A stretch of DNA of 64,000 nucleotides from an uncultured Acidobacteriota bacterium (GCA_963731535.1 CAVSWI010000014.1:4017-68016); one strand, 5' to 3'. Shown: positions 38,405 through 48,992, numbered from the stretch's first letter. Numbers and translations: made by a program. Notes: a model not told the origin generated them from the sequence alone.

Positions 38405-38785
38405 TTACAGATTCGCCCAGCGCCCGTTCCATTCGGCAATCTCTTGTGTCTCGCGAGCCGCTTCTTCTTTTTTTTGCCGCTGCATCTCTGACGATCTTCC
38501 GGCCATGGAAGCTTCTTTGGCGTTAGCGCGCTCAAGCCAGCGATCGATCCAACCGACTTTTTTCTCCACCGTATTCGGATCGGACTTAAACCGTAGGAAT
38601 GTGCCGGATATTTCCACCGAGCGCGGCGGGAATTCTGGTTGCACGTCCTGTTGCGCGTCATAGAAAAGACGTCGCCAGTCAGCCGTAGGTGATTCAGAGA
38701 TAGAAACCTGCACCAGGAAGAAATTGTCGCGAATTTTCTGTACGGCCTGCGGTGGACCCAAACGCCGGATACCCGTTGTCGTCAA
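38405..38785 (-). CDS. Hypothetical protein encoded between dnaK and dnaJ
   Basis: 126-aa ORF, 84 nt after the dnaK stop and 63 nt before the dnaJ start, on the same strand. Charged C-terminus (EMQRQKKEEAARETQEIAEW). No GrpE-like pattern. Confidence 0.5.
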   Translation of the reverse strand: MTTTGIRRLGPPQAVQKIRDNFFLVQVSISESPTADWRRLFYDAQQDVQPEFPPRSVEISGTFLRFKSDPNTVEKKVGWIDRWLERANAKEASMAGRSSEMQRQKKEEAARETQEIAEWNGRWANL

Positions 38786-38869
38786 ACGCTCTCTCCTCCC
38801 GACACTCTTAAAACAAAATGCAGGGCGAGCGTTTAGACTCGCCCCGCATCCTTAATGCTTACGCAGACG

Positions 38870-40819
38870 TTAGTTCGGCTTCTTTGAGTCGTCCACGTCA
38901 ACGAACTCGGCATCCACAACATCGCTTTGTCCTGAAGACGAAGACTTGCCGTCGCCGGAAGATTGGCCTTGGCCGCCGGGTGCGCCGGCTGCCCCTGCGC
39001 CGGCACTGGCAGCGCTTTGCTGCGCTTTATACATCGTCTCGGCGATGCGGTGCGATACCTTGGTCAGGTTTTCCACCGCCGCGTTCAGCTTGTCGACCCC
39101 GCCTTCCGTCAAGGCTCGCCGCGCTTCTTCCACAGCTTCTTCGCCAGCCTTTACATCTGCTTCGGCCAGCTTCTCGCGGTTCTCCTTGAGGATTTTGTCG
39201 GTTTGATAGACCAAGTTGTCGAGCCGGTTGCGTGCCTCTACTTCCGCCAGGCGTGACTTGTCTTCGTCGGCATGCGCATCCGCTTCTTTTTTCATGCGCT
39301 CCGCTTCTTCCTTGCTCAAGCCGCTCGACGCGGTAATGGTGATCTTCTGTTCCTTGTTGGTGGCGTTGTCCTTGGCCGACACGTTCAGGATGCCGTTAGC
39401 GTCGATGTCAAAGGTGACGTCAACTTGCGGCACACCGCGCGGCGCCGGAGGAATTCCAATGAGATGGAATTTTCCGAGCGAACGATTTCCGCTGGCGACG
39501 GGACGCTCTCCTTGCAGAACGTGAATCTCTACGGAGGTTTGATTATCCGCAGCCGTGGAGAACGTCTCGGACTTGCGCGTCGGGATCGTCGTGTTACGCG
39601 GGATCAGTACAGTAGAGACACCTCCCAGCGTTTCGACTCCCAGCGAAAGCGGGGTCACGTCGAGCAACAGAATGTCCTTCACTTCGCCGCCCAACACACC
39701 GCCCTGAACCGCAGCGCCTACCGCGACAACTTCGTCCGGATTAACGCCCTTGTGCGGCTCTTTGCCGTCGAACAACCCCTTTACGATGTCAACAACGCGC
39801 GGGATTCGGGTGGAACCGCCGACGAGAACTACTTCGTCGATTTTATCCGGCGTCAGTCCTGCGTCGCTCAATGCCTGCTTCACCGGACCCACCGTGCGCT
39901 GCAACAAGTCTTCCATCAACTGTTCGAGTTTCGAACGGGTGAGCTTTAGTTGCAAGTGCTTGGGCCCAGACGCGTCCGCAGTGACGAATGGGAGATTGAT
40001 TTCCGTTTCCATTAATTGGGACAGCTCGATCTTTGCCTTTTCCGCAGCCTCCTTCAGGCGCTGGATGGCCATGCGGTCTTTGCTCAGATCGATGCCCTGC
40101 TCTTTCTTAAATTCAGCTACGATCCACTCGATGATGCGCTGGTCGATGTCGTCGCCGCCGAGGTGGGTATCCCCATTGGTCGATTTAACTTCGACCACAC
40201 CTTCGCCGACTTCGAGGATCGAGATATCAAAAGTTCCGCCGCCGAGGTCATACACAGCGATCGTCTCATCCTTTTTCTTGTCGAGACCGTACGCCAAAGC
40301 TGCCGCAGTAGGCTCGTTGATGATGCGCGGAACTTCAAGACCGGCGATCTCTCCGGCCTGCTTGGTGGCTTGGCGCTGGCTGTCATTAAAATACGCGGGA
40401 ACAGTGATGACCGCTTTCGCGACTTTTTCGCCGAGGAAATCTTCCGCCGCGCTCTTCAGCTTTTGGAGAATCATTGCGGAAATTTCCTGAGGGGTGTAGG
40501 TCTTGCCCAGGATCTCGATGCGCGCGTCATCGTGAGGACCTTTCACGACTTTGTAAGGGACACGCTTGGCTTCTTCCTGAACTTCGTCGTACCGGCGGCC
40601 CATGAATCTCTTGATCGAGTAAACGGTGTTTTCCGGGTTGGTAATGGATTGGCGCTTGGCCACCTGTCCCACTAAACGCTCGCCACTCTTGGTGAAGGCA
40701 ACCACCGAGGGGGTGGTTCGAGCACCTTCCTGGTTGGGAATGACGGTTGGTTCGCCGCCCTGCATCACCGCTACCACCGAATTGGTAGTGCCAAGATCAA
40801 TACCTATAATCTTGCTCAT
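38870..40819 (-). CDS. dnaK: Chaperone DnaK (Hsp70)
   Basis: [38 protein letters not shown] and a C-terminal Gly/Ser-rich tail. Confidence 0.96.
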   Translation of the reverse strand: MSKIIGIDLGTTNSVVAVMQGGEPTVIPNQEGARTTPSVVAFTKSGERLVGQVAKRQSITNPENTVYSIKRFMGRRYDEVQEEAKRVPYKVVKGPHDDARIEILGKTYTPQEISAMILQKLKSAAEDFLGEKVAKAVITVPAYFNDSQRQATKQAGEIAGLEVPRIINEPTAAALAYGLDKKKDETIAVYDLGGGTFDISILEVGEGVVEVKSTNGDTHLGGDDIDQRIIEWIVAEFKKEQGIDLSKDRMAIQRLKEAAEKAKIELSQLMETEINLPFVTADASGPKHLQLKLTRSKLEQLMEDLLQRTVGPVKQALSDAGLTPDKIDEVVLVGGSTRIPRVVDIVKGLFDGKEPHKGVNPDEVVAVGAAVQGGVLGGEVKDILLLDVTPLSLGVETLGGVSTVLIPRNTTIPTRKSETFSTAADNQTSVEIHVLQGERPVASGNRSLGKFHLIGIPPAPRGVPQVDVTFDIDANGILNVSAKDNATNKEQKITITASSGLSKEEAERMKKEADAHADEDKSRLAEVEARNRLDNLVYQTDKILKENREKLAEADVKAGEEAVEEARRALTEGGVDKLNAAVENLTKVSHRIAETMYKAQQSAASAGAGAAGAPGGQGQSSGDGKSSSSGQSDVVDAEFVDVDDSKKPN

Positions 40820-40881
40820 GAAATACGCTCCTGTGACATCCGGCTATTGATAGCCAGAAAACTCTACTAACGAGAGACGTG

Positions 40882-40910
40882 ATAATACATGTTGAGCGTC
40901 CCATTGTCAA
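40882..40910 (-). promoter_or_regulatory. Sigma-70 promoter of the dnaK operon (TTGACA-N17-TATTAT)
   Basis: Minus strand: -35 TTGACA (40905-40910), 17-nt spacer, -10 TATTAT (40882-40887). About 60 nt upstream of ATG 40819. Confidence 0.65.
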
Positions 40911-40911
40911 G
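40891..40911 (-). promoter_or_regulatory. HAIR-like inverted repeat (candidate HspR operator)
   Basis: The minus strand reads CTTGACA-ATGGGAC-GCTCAAC, against the HAIR consensus CTTGAGT-N7-ACTCAAG. That is 5/7 plus 5/7 matches with correct 7-nt spacing. It overlaps the -35 box and spacer. Confidence 0.45.
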
Positions 40912-41161
40912 TATCCGTTTTTTGTCTGTATAATTATGAAATATATAGACTTAACTTTTAAACGGTTAAATTTTGCGTCAAAACTGCTCCTGATGGTCGA
41001 TCAGGGTCGCCCGTTTGTTGGTCGAACCCAACTCCATTGCGCTTAACGTCATCATAGTTTCACTGCTCGAAAAGGAAATCTGGCAAATCAGGGTCGCTGA
41101 GAGACAGCTCGATTCGCGCTACAATGCTGGCATCGCTGGCAACAAATATAGGAGGGCATCA

Positions 41162-41914
41162 TTGATTCGCCGAAATTTTTATCCGCTTAGCGGGCCCATT
41201 CTGCGCGAGTTTGTGATGGTGGGAGCGCTTGCTCTGATTTGCAACGCAGGAATTTCGGCGCAGACGCACACGCGCGCACAAACCCACGCGGTGGCAAATT
41301 CCGATGCAGCCGCTGCGCCTGTGAAATCTTTGGGTAACAGAAATGCTCCGATTACGATGGAAGTTTTCAGCGATTACCAGTGCCCATCGTGTGGCAATTT
41401 CTACGAGAATACGCTGAAGTACATGATTCAGGACCTGGTCGCGAGCGGGCAAGTTTATTTTATACATCGCGATTTTCCCTTGCCCATGCATCCGTACTCT
41501 TACATGGCCGCGCGATGGGCGAATGCGGCGGCCAAGATCGGGAGGTTCGAAGCGGTTGATGCGGCGCTCTGGGATAATCAGCAGGCGTGGTCGGCGGACG
41601 GAAACATAGAAAAATTCGTAGCTGCTACGGTTGGGCCCGCTGACTTCAAGCGCATCAAGAAACTGATGGAAGGGTGCGAGGTAAATCCGAATGCCTCGGC
41701 GAAACCGGCCGCGTTCAAAAATAACGGACAGGAAGATCACGGCTGCGCGCTAGACACCTATATCGAACAGGACCAGCAGCTGGCAAAACAAATTCCGGTG
41801 ACGCAAACGCCCACATCCGTTATTACTGCTAAAGGTCAGCGATATCCGGCTATGCCGGGCTTTGTAACCTGGCCGATTCTGAAACAATTTTTGACTTCAC
41901 TTTTGAGCCAGTAG
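41162..41914 (+). CDS. DsbA-family thiol:disulfide oxidoreductase
   Basis: Thioredoxin-fold CPSC active site (FSDYQCPSCGNFYENT) and a signal peptide. TTG 41162, preceded by AGGAGG (41150-41155), is preferred over the ORF start at 41015. ATG 41216 is an alternative. Confidence 0.75.
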   Translation: MIRRNFYPLSGPILREFVMVGALALICNAGISAQTHTRAQTHAVANSDAAAAPVKSLGNRNAPITMEVFSDYQCPSCGNFYENTLKYMIQDLVASGQVYFIHRDFPLPMHPYSYMAARWANAAAKIGRFEAVDAALWDNQQAWSADGNIEKFVAATVGPADFKRIKKLMEGCEVNPNASAKPAAFKNNGQEDHGCALDTYIEQDQQLAKQIPVTQTPTSVITAKGQRYPAMPGFVTWPILKQFLTSLLSQ

Positions 41915-41927
41915 GAGATCTGCTCCG

Positions 41928-42464
41928 GTGTCTGCGGGAAAACGCGAAACTTGGCGGAGAGTTTTTCTTTTAATAGGGCGTCTTGCGCTCGCTGGGATGT
42001 TTTTGTTTGCGGCCTACGCGAAATTAAAGCCGCAGGCAGCCCTCCCCTGGTCCGTCGCTTCGGTCAGGACTTCCCTATCGATGTTTGCGATGCAAGTGGA
42101 CTCTTACCAATTGCTTTCCCCGCAGGCAGTGAGCATGGCGGCTCACGCATTACCCTTCGTTGAACTGGCGCTCGGATTGTGGCTACTGAGTGGATTGTGG
42201 CTGCGTTATTCAACCCTAGCCACGAGCTTTCTGCTGCTGGGATTTTTTGCCTTGATGGTTCGAACATATTCGTTGGGACTGGAAATCAACTGCGGTTGTT
42301 TTGGTCCCGGCGAACAACTCGGCAAGAAATCACTGCTGCGGGATGGTTCTCTACTGGCTTTCTCGCTTGCGGTCACCATTTGCGCTTTTCTGTCGAAGAG
42401 AAAGCGCAGTGAATCCGCAAACTCCTTACCTGCCACAGCCTCCGAACCTCAGCGGGCAAACTAG
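41928..42464 (+). CDS. MauE/DoxX-family membrane protein
   Basis: Four TM helices with the INCGCFG motif typical of MauE-like proteins. Adjacent to the DsbA-like gene. Confidence 0.68.
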   Translation: MSAGKRETWRRVFLLIGRLALAGMFLFAAYAKLKPQAALPWSVASVRTSLSMFAMQVDSYQLLSPQAVSMAAHALPFVELALGLWLLSGLWLRYSTLATSFLLLGFFALMVRTYSLGLEINCGCFGPGEQLGKKSLLRDGSLLAFSLAVTICAFLSKRKRSESANSLPATASEPQRAN

Positions 42465-42580
42465 TCTGCCACTGTTCTGTCCAATATCCTTGGATATCTC
42501 GCCTCGGCAGCGGACGATTTGACGCATTATCGTGTTGTGCCGGAGCAGTATAATGTGTCGCGTTTGATCAGGAGGCATGG

Positions 42581-44848
42581 ATGCATCGGGTTTCGCGCCG
42601 CGCAGTTCTGCACTTTCTTTCTTTTCTATTCCTAGCCGCAGCTTTCTCTCTGCCGGCATTTGGGCAAGACCAAAATAGCGCGCCCACGGGCAAATCACTG
42701 ACCCTCGAGCGACTCTTCAGCGCGCCGAACCTGAGCGGTCACTTAACGCAAGGCATCGAATGGTGTCCCGACAGCAAGCGTATCTCCTATCTCGAACCGA
42801 AGGGCCTGGGTAAAGACGCCACGGTCGAGCTGTGGACTATGGACGCGGCGACCGGAGAGCGCAAGGTATTGGTTAACGCCGCCACGTTGAAAGCAACCAT
42901 GCAACCGGAAAAAGCGAAAACGACGCAGGCCACCGGACTCGGCCGCGTGCAGGCAGAAAATTATCAATGGGCTCCCGGTGGCGATTCCCTGCTGTTTGTC
43001 GGAAGCAATAGTTTAGCGCTGCTGGATTTGCGCACCATGGCTCCGAAATCTCTCCTAACCAGCGAATCCGAAATTGAGGACCCGAAATTTTCTCCCGATG
43101 GCAACTGGGTCAGCTTCGTTCGCGATTCGAACCTGTGGGTTATCAATAGATCCACGGGCGAAACCAGGGCTCTTACCAAGGGCGGCAGCGAAGAAATTCT
43201 AAAGGGCAAGCTTGACTGGGTGTATCCGGAAGAACTCGATTCGCGCACTGCCTATTGGTGGTCTCCGGATTCTTCGAAGCTTGCCTATTACGAAATGGAC
43301 GAGCGCCCGGTAACACGCTACCCCATCGTGGATATGAGTTCGCCGCTCGGCTCAACGGAATATACCCGCTATCCCCAAGCAGGCGAGCCGAATCCGATCG
43401 TGCGTGTGGGCGTTGTAGCGGTGACTGGCGGCGAAACTAAATGGATGGACACCGGAACGAGTACCGACGTTTATCTCGCTCGCGTTAATTGGCTGCGTGA
43501 TAGCCAACGCGTTGCAATACAACGGTTAAATCGCGCACAAAATCAGCTCGATCTGCTTTTTTGCGAAGCCGCGTCCGGCGCCGCGCAAAATATTCTGACC
43601 GAGAAGGATAAATATTGGATCAACATCAGCGATGATTTGTACTTCTTCTCCGATAACAAAAGGTTTCTGTGGTCCAGCGAACGCACCGGCTTCCGCCATT
43701 TTTATCTTTACGATCTTTCCGGCAAACAACTGGACCAACTGACCAGCGGCGACTGGGAAGTGGGAGGCTTGAGTGGCTTCGGCCCGCACTCCACGCAACC
43801 CGGCGTCGATGAAGAGCATGGCTATATTTATTTTCGTTCGAACAAGGACGATGTATTGGAGAGCCAGCTCTATCGTTTCTCTTTGCGCGACAAGAAGATT
43901 ACGCAGATCACCCATGGAGCGGGGTCACACGCCGCTGAACTTTCGCCGGACCAGATGGAATTTGTAGATACGTACTCCAGCTCCAGGATCCCGCCTCGTC
44001 AGGACCTTTACCGAACGGATGGTTCGTTGGTTGTTGCAATCAACGAAAATAAAGTGCCCGAGCTCTCGGAATATCACCTGTCGCCCGTGGAGTTTTCCGA
44101 AGTTTCCGCGGAGGACGGCACGAAGCTCCACATTTCCATTATCAAGCCGGCGAATTTTGATCCGTCGAAAAAGTATCCCGTGCTGATCAGCGTGTATGGT
44201 GGACCGCACGTGCAGGTGGTACGAAATGCTTGGGGTGGGGGAATTTTCCTTTGGCACGAAATCATGGCGCAGAAGGGGTACATAATTTTTTCGCTCGATA
44301 ATCGCGGGTCGTGGGGGCGAGGGCACGCTTTTGAAACGCCGATCTTTCACCAGCTAGGCAAAGTCGAGTTGGAAGATCAGCTCACCGGCGTAAAATATCT
44401 AAAATCGCTTCCCTATGTGGACTCATCGAGGATCGGCATGTGGGGCGGCAGCTACGGCGGATTTATGACTTTGAATGCCCTGTTCAACGCTGCTGATGTT
44501 TTCAAGGCCGGAGTTGCTGATGCTCCGGTGAGTGACTGGAAACTTTACGACACGATCTACACCGAACGTTACATGGGCCGGCCTCAAGATGATCCGGATG
44601 GCTACAAGAATTCCTCGCCGGTCAACCAAGCTTCACAGCTCAAAGGGAAGTTAATGCTTGCCCATGGCACCGGCGACGACAACGTGCACTTTGCAAATTC
44701 CACGGAATTAATCAACATGCTCATCGATGACGGCCACTATCCCGACCGCTTAATGATTTTTCCGGGCCGCGGACATGGCATCAGCGACCCCGCGGCGCGC
44801 TTTCAACTAATGCAAGGGATCATGAAGTTCCTCTTGGAAAATCTTTAG
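42581..44848 (+). CDS. Dipeptidyl-peptidase IV / S9B prolyl oligopeptidase-family serine peptidase
   Basis: DPPIV N-terminal beta-propeller pattern (DWVYPEEL, WWSPD) and catalytic GGSYGG, with C-terminal GTGDDNVH and GHGI. Confidence 0.9.
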   Translation: MHRVSRRAVLHFLSFLFLAAAFSLPAFGQDQNSAPTGKSLTLERLFSAPNLSGHLTQGIEWCPDSKRISYLEPKGLGKDATVELWTMDAATGERKVLVNAATLKATMQPEKAKTTQATGLGRVQAENYQWAPGGDSLLFVGSNSLALLDLRTMAPKSLLTSESEIEDPKFSPDGNWVSFVRDSNLWVINRSTGETRALTKGGSEEILKGKLDWVYPEELDSRTAYWWSPDSSKLAYYEMDERPVTRYPIVDMSSPLGSTEYTRYPQAGEPNPIVRVGVVAVTGGETKWMDTGTSTDVYLARVNWLRDSQRVAIQRLNRAQNQLDLLFCEAASGAAQNILTEKDKYWINISDDLYFFSDNKRFLWSSERTGFRHFYLYDLSGKQLDQLTSGDWEVGGLSGFGPHSTQPGVDEEHGYIYFRSNKDDVLESQLYRFSLRDKKITQITHGAGSHAAELSPDQMEFVDTYSSSRIPPRQDLYRTDGSLVVAINENKVPELSEYHLSPVEFSEVSAEDGTKLHISIIKPANFDPSKKYPVLISVYGGPHVQVVRNAWGGGIFLWHEIMAQKGYIIFSLDNRGSWGRGHAFETPIFHQLGKVELEDQLTGVKYLKSLPYVDSSRIGMWGGSYGGFMTLNALFNAADVFKAGVADAPVSDWKLYDTIYTERYMGRPQDDPDGYKNSSPVNQASQLKGKLMLAHGTGDDNVHFANSTELINMLIDDGHYPDRLMIFPGRGHGISDPAARFQLMQGIMKFLLENL

Positions 44849-44966
44849 CCGGAAGGCACACAAGAAGAAACATTCTTTCAAAGCAACTGATTTTGTTCTA
44901 GCATACTCGAATATAATGAAGCTGCCAGCGACCCCTTAGCTGCAGTAAGGACCCTACGCGCAAGGA

Positions 44967-45899
44967 ATGGATTTGGGACTATCGATGACGACCCGCCAAA
45001 TGCTGATTGTTGCCTGTATCGCAATGGGGATCTTGCTGTGCCCGAACTTAAACGCAGAATCGCAGGAGACCGGTCAAGCAGATCAGAGCGCGGCGCAGAA
45101 AGCTGCTCCCGCTCAAGGTCCGGTGATGGAAGCCGATCCTTCCACCCAATATCTTGAAAAAGGCTTCCAGCGCTTGTACGAGTTGAACTTCGATGGCGCG
45201 CGTGTGGAGTTCTTTTCGTATCAGAAGAGCCGCCCGGATGACCCGCTGGGCAAAGCCGCAGAAGCCGCCAGCTATTTGTTTGAACAATTCAATGCCAAGG
45301 GCGTTTTGACCTCGGAATTTTTCCTGAGCGATGCAAAGTTCCTCGGTGGCGTAGCGGGGGGAGCAGCCCGAAACCAAAATGCGGCGTTTATAACGGCCAA
45401 CAGCAAAGCCCGGGAAATGGCAAAAACTCGCCTAAAATCCAATCCCCACGACATTCACGGATTGCTTGCAATAACAATCGCAGATGGAATGGAATCTGAT
45501 TACGATGCGTTGATCATCAAGAAGCAGTTGGATGGCTTGAAGATGATGAAGCAAGCGGAAACCGAAGCCAACATTCTGCTGACAATCGATCCGTCGCAAC
45601 AAGATGCGAACGTAGCCTTAGGTATGAGCAATTATGTAATCGGATGCTTGCCTGGATACAAACGCGCTTTTGTGTGGTTCGGCGGGATTCATGGTGACCG
45701 CACCAAGGGCATGCAGTTGATGGAGCAGGCGGCCGACCGCGGACATTACTTACAGCCATTCGCTAAAGTCATGCTTGCTCTGGCCTACGAACGCGAGCAC
45801 CAGATGGACAAGGCACACGATCTGCTCGCTCAGCTTGCTGTGGAGTATCCTTCTAACCCTGTTTTCGCACGAGAACTTACGCTTTGCGTCAAGCGTTGA
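44967..45899 (+). CDS. Hypothetical secreted helical-repeat (TPR-like) protein
   Basis: Signal peptide (MLIVACIAMGILLCPNLNA). Helical composition with a TPR-like C-terminus (ALAYEREHQMDKAHDLLAQLAVEYPSNP). Confidence 0.6.
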   Translation: MDLGLSMTTRQMLIVACIAMGILLCPNLNAESQETGQADQSAAQKAAPAQGPVMEADPSTQYLEKGFQRLYELNFDGARVEFFSYQKSRPDDPLGKAAEAASYLFEQFNAKGVLTSEFFLSDAKFLGGVAGGAARNQNAAFITANSKAREMAKTRLKSNPHDIHGLLAITIADGMESDYDALIIKKQLDGLKMMKQAETEANILLTIDPSQQDANVALGMSNYVIGCLPGYKRAFVWFGGIHGDRTKGMQLMEQAADRGHYLQPFAKVMLALAYEREHQMDKAHDLLAQLAVEYPSNPVFARELTLCVKR

Positions 45900-45938
45900 T
45901 CTTTCCCGATTTGCTTACCGGGCATTGCCGCCCTGCCT

Positions 45939-47456
45939 CTACCGCTTCACGCGAACGCGATAGTCCAGCGTGGCAGTGCCATCCTTCTCCACGGGAATTT
46001 CGAAGCTAATAGTTGTGGCGTCCAACTTCGTCCACTTTAAGTTTGAGTTCACCACTTCCCAGTCGCCGCCTATGGGTTCACGCGCTTCGACGGTAACCGG
46101 CGTATCCTTGTGGTTGCGCAACGTAATTTGAAATTCCATTTCATACAAATTCGTATCGAGCTTCCTATAATCGATCAGCTTCCGCTCGCACACCAGGTCG
46201 AAAGCGTTGCCTACATAAATCTTTAGCGTTTCATCTTTGGGTGTGTGATTGATGCGGTCTTCGCCGACGAATTGGATTCCGCCTTTTGAATCCGCTTGAT
46301 AGACGCGTACGGTACCAGCAGGCAGCGGCATTCCCAACCCGCCTTTTTCTTCATTTTTGAAACGGTAGTAAACCTTCACCGGCTCCGGGATGGGGTTTCC
46401 AATTCCCTGTTGGTTGCGGTAGTAATACGGTTGCCCTTCAACTGCCAGAAACTTTTCTATCGGAATGCCAGTCCCTGAAAGCAGGCTGATCTGCTTGGAT
46501 TCGTTATTTTGGATGGAAGTACGCCGCCCAAGCGTGTACAGATGATATTCAGATATGTTTTCTTGCTGAAATTGAGGCGGCGCTGGAGCGGCTAGCTCCA
46601 TTCTTGCAACCCCTGCGCCTGCAGCAACGACGGGCGCCACCTGATGGATTTCACCCGCAACGAGTTGCAGTTTTGCATTTTCGTACGCCGTGCCGCTATT
46701 GTTCGTTAGTGTCACCCAGCCGTCCAAATCGGCGGTTTCTTCGTTGCGTGACACGGTAAGCACGTAATCCGCGTTCCAATTCATATTATTGGTGAGATAA
46801 GACGCTTCCACTTTTTGCGCCGCGGCGCCGCGATTGTCGAGCGTCCAGACAAGCGTGGGCCGGCTATACAAATTCCCCGGCAACTCCGAGAATCGATACC
46901 AGCTCGTGGGCATCCCTGTAACGATTTCAACACCTATCTTCCATACAGGTTGGTTGTTGTTATCCGCTAGCAATGTGGCTTTCGTTTCGACCCATTTGGT
47001 TGAGCTCGCCTGCTCTTCGCCATGCACCAGCGTAACCTCGCGGCCTACATATTTCTGCAATAGCTTTTGCGCATCGAGAAGATCGTATTCGTAGTTCTGT
47101 TCCACGACCGCCAGCTTTGCAGGCTCGCTAAGCGAACGGAAATGTACGGTGGCCGGCATGATCGCAGCGGCGACGTCTTCGAAACGCAACGGCGAAACGC
47201 CCGAGGCCAGATGAATTTGCCGGACGTCGCGAATCAGAGCGAGGTTCGAGTTGTACACGGTCACGTTCAAATCCACTTGGTCTTTCTGCGTAGTGCTTGC
47301 CGCGTCAGCCGGCAACAAGTGTTCAGCGGGCGCCGATACATCGTTGCCGTTTTGAGGCGCCGCAAATACTCGCGTGACATTTCCCGCAGCCAGGAATGTC
47401 AAAATAAAGCCTGCGAAATTAACTGCGCTAATACATCTGCGTCCGCGTGTGGACAT
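45939..47456 (-). CDS. DUF4139-family (MuiA-like) secreted protein
   Basis: Signal peptide followed by VTVYNSNLALIRDVRQIHL...VEQNYEYDLL and a C-terminal beta-rich region typical of DUF4140/DUF4139 proteins. Confidence 0.7.
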   Translation of the reverse strand: MSTRGRRCISAVNFAGFILTFLAAGNVTRVFAAPQNGNDVSAPAEHLLPADAASTTQKDQVDLNVTVYNSNLALIRDVRQIHLASGVSPLRFEDVAAAIMPATVHFRSLSEPAKLAVVEQNYEYDLLDAQKLLQKYVGREVTLVHGEEQASSTKWVETKATLLADNNNQPVWKIGVEIVTGMPTSWYRFSELPGNLYSRPTLVWTLDNRGAAAQKVEASYLTNNMNWNADYVLTVSRNEETADLDGWVTLTNNSGTAYENAKLQLVAGEIHQVAPVVAAGAGVARMELAAPAPPQFQQENISEYHLYTLGRRTSIQNNESKQISLLSGTGIPIEKFLAVEGQPYYYRNQQGIGNPIPEPVKVYYRFKNEEKGGLGMPLPAGTVRVYQADSKGGIQFVGEDRINHTPKDETLKIYVGNAFDLVCERKLIDYRKLDTNLYEMEFQITLRNHKDTPVTVEAREPIGGDWEVVNSNLKWTKLDATTISFEIPVEKDGTATLDYRVRVKR

Positions 47457-47625
47457 GGGCTGTCTCCTCTCGCTATGAAACTAAAAGATGATACCCGAAA
47501 CGCAAATTTGGGGTTGGTCGCCAGCCATTGCGTTGGTTCGTGAGGTTCATCAAGCAATCGGCCGCATCATGCCTGCTCTAAGGAACGCACACAGCGACAT
47601 AACTTGCATGCGAACCTGATAAGAT

Positions 47626-48198
47626 TTGAAGTTGATGTTCACTTGTCCGGAATGCGAGCAAGCCATAAACCAGGCGAGTGTGGCCTGCCCTTATTGCGGC
47701 GCCGATGTCACTAATGCGCCCGATGGCAGTGAGTTTGCCAACCTCGGCGTGCAAAACAAGAAAATAACACCCGCTCGCATCGCGATTCTCCTTGGAATAT
47801 TTCTTGCGATCTTGGCAGCCACGGCTTGGCTGGCCTTGCCATGGAAAATTTCCGGTACGCAGCCGGATGCGGAGGCCCACGGGCTGGAGGCGCTGGGCAC
47901 CATTCAACAAGCACTCACTACCTATCAAGGCAGCGAAGGCGGTTTCCCTTCGTCCTTGGAAGGCTTGGGAGACCGCGTGCGGTTTGAAGCGGAAAAGGCG
48001 CAGTCCGCGCACTACACGGTGCAATACATCCCGGGAAAACCTGACGCGGAAGGCCGTGTAAAAAGTTACACGCTGACTGCGCGAGCGGGCAATTTCGGTT
48101 ACATAAATTTTTACACAGATGAGAGCGGCGTAATCCGTGGCACGCGCGAGAATCGCGCTGCTAGCGTGCAAGATCCGCCGATCAAACAAAATTTATAA
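47626..48198 (+). CDS. Zinc-ribbon membrane protein, hypothetical
   Basis: CPEC-x13-CPYC zinc ribbon, one TM (IAILLGIFLAILAATAWLAL) and an extracytoplasmic domain of about 110 aa. Start TTG 47626 or ATG 47635. Confidence 0.55.
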   Translation: MKLMFTCPECEQAINQASVACPYCGADVTNAPDGSEFANLGVQNKKITPARIAILLGIFLAILAATAWLALPWKISGTQPDAEAHGLEALGTIQQALTTYQGSEGGFPSSLEGLGDRVRFEAEKAQSAHYTVQYIPGKPDAEGRVKSYTLTARAGNFGYINFYTDESGVIRGTRENRAASVQDPPIKQNL

Positions 48199-48286
48199 GA
48201 TTCTTCATTTTCGGTTAGGACTAGGCCGCTTGTATTAGATATAGGATGCTAGATTGCAAGTCGCGCCGCTAATAGGAGGAAATCGC

Positions 48287-48991
48287 GTGGCCAGAATTTT
48301 GCCGTATAGAAGGCCGAATCCCGACACGCAGCCCCACTATTTACATCCGCCTTACGTATCCACGATCAAGCGCGCACCCGCAAGACCGCCAGTCTATTTG
48401 CCGCAAACTCTCTCTGAAATTACGGGCCCATCCTTTCCAAATGTGGTGACGGACGTAAAAGCCACCGATCTCACCAGTCAGCACCACGGTGACCCTCTTG
48501 GCGAACGCATTATCGTTAGCGGGCGAGTTACGGACGAGGACGGGCGCCCGTTGCGCCAAGCGTTCATCGAAATCTGGCAAGCCAACGCCGCTGGACGTTA
48601 CCTCCATGAGAGCGACCAGCACCCTGCTCCGCTCGATCCAAACTTCACCGGCTGCGGCCATGCCCTCACGGATAATGAAGGCAAATATCGCTTCGTCACT
48701 GTCCGCCCAGGCGCATATCCATGGGGCAATCATTACAACGCCTGGCGGCCTGCGCATATACACTTCTCGCTGTTCGGCGCCGCGTTCGCTACGCGCCTGG
48801 TGACACAAATGTATTTCCCCGGTGACCCGCTCTTGCCTTTCGATCCAATTTTCAATTGCACGGCAGATGAAACCGCGCGCAATCGGCTGATTTCAGTTTT
48901 CGACTGGGAGACCACGATTCCCTCGCAGGCACTCGGCTACCGGTTCGACATTGTAATGAGCGGGCGCGAAGCCACGCCCATGGAGCGCTAG
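48287..48991 (+). CDS. pcaH: Protocatechuate 3,4-dioxygenase beta subunit
   Basis: IIVSGRVTDEDGRPLRQAFIEIWQANAAGRYLH...RPAHIHFSLFG. GTG 48287 lies 7 nt after AGGAGG (48274-48279); the ORF opens at 48254. Confidence 0.85.
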   Translation: MARILPYRRPNPDTQPHYLHPPYVSTIKRAPARPPVYLPQTLSEITGPSFPNVVTDVKATDLTSQHHGDPLGERIIVSGRVTDEDGRPLRQAFIEIWQANAAGRYLHESDQHPAPLDPNFTGCGHALTDNEGKYRFVTVRPGAYPWGNHYNAWRPAHIHFSLFGAAFATRLVTQMYFPGDPLLPFDPIFNCTADETARNRLISVFDWETTIPSQALGYRFDIVMSGREATPMER

Positions 48992-48992
48992 C

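Noticed and set aside
38302-38661. 119-aa minus-strand ORF overlapping the dnaK-dnaJ intergenic ORF and the dnaJ start.
   Set aside because: It is out of frame with and overlaps dnaJ. The 38405-38785 frame fits the intergenic gap cleanly.
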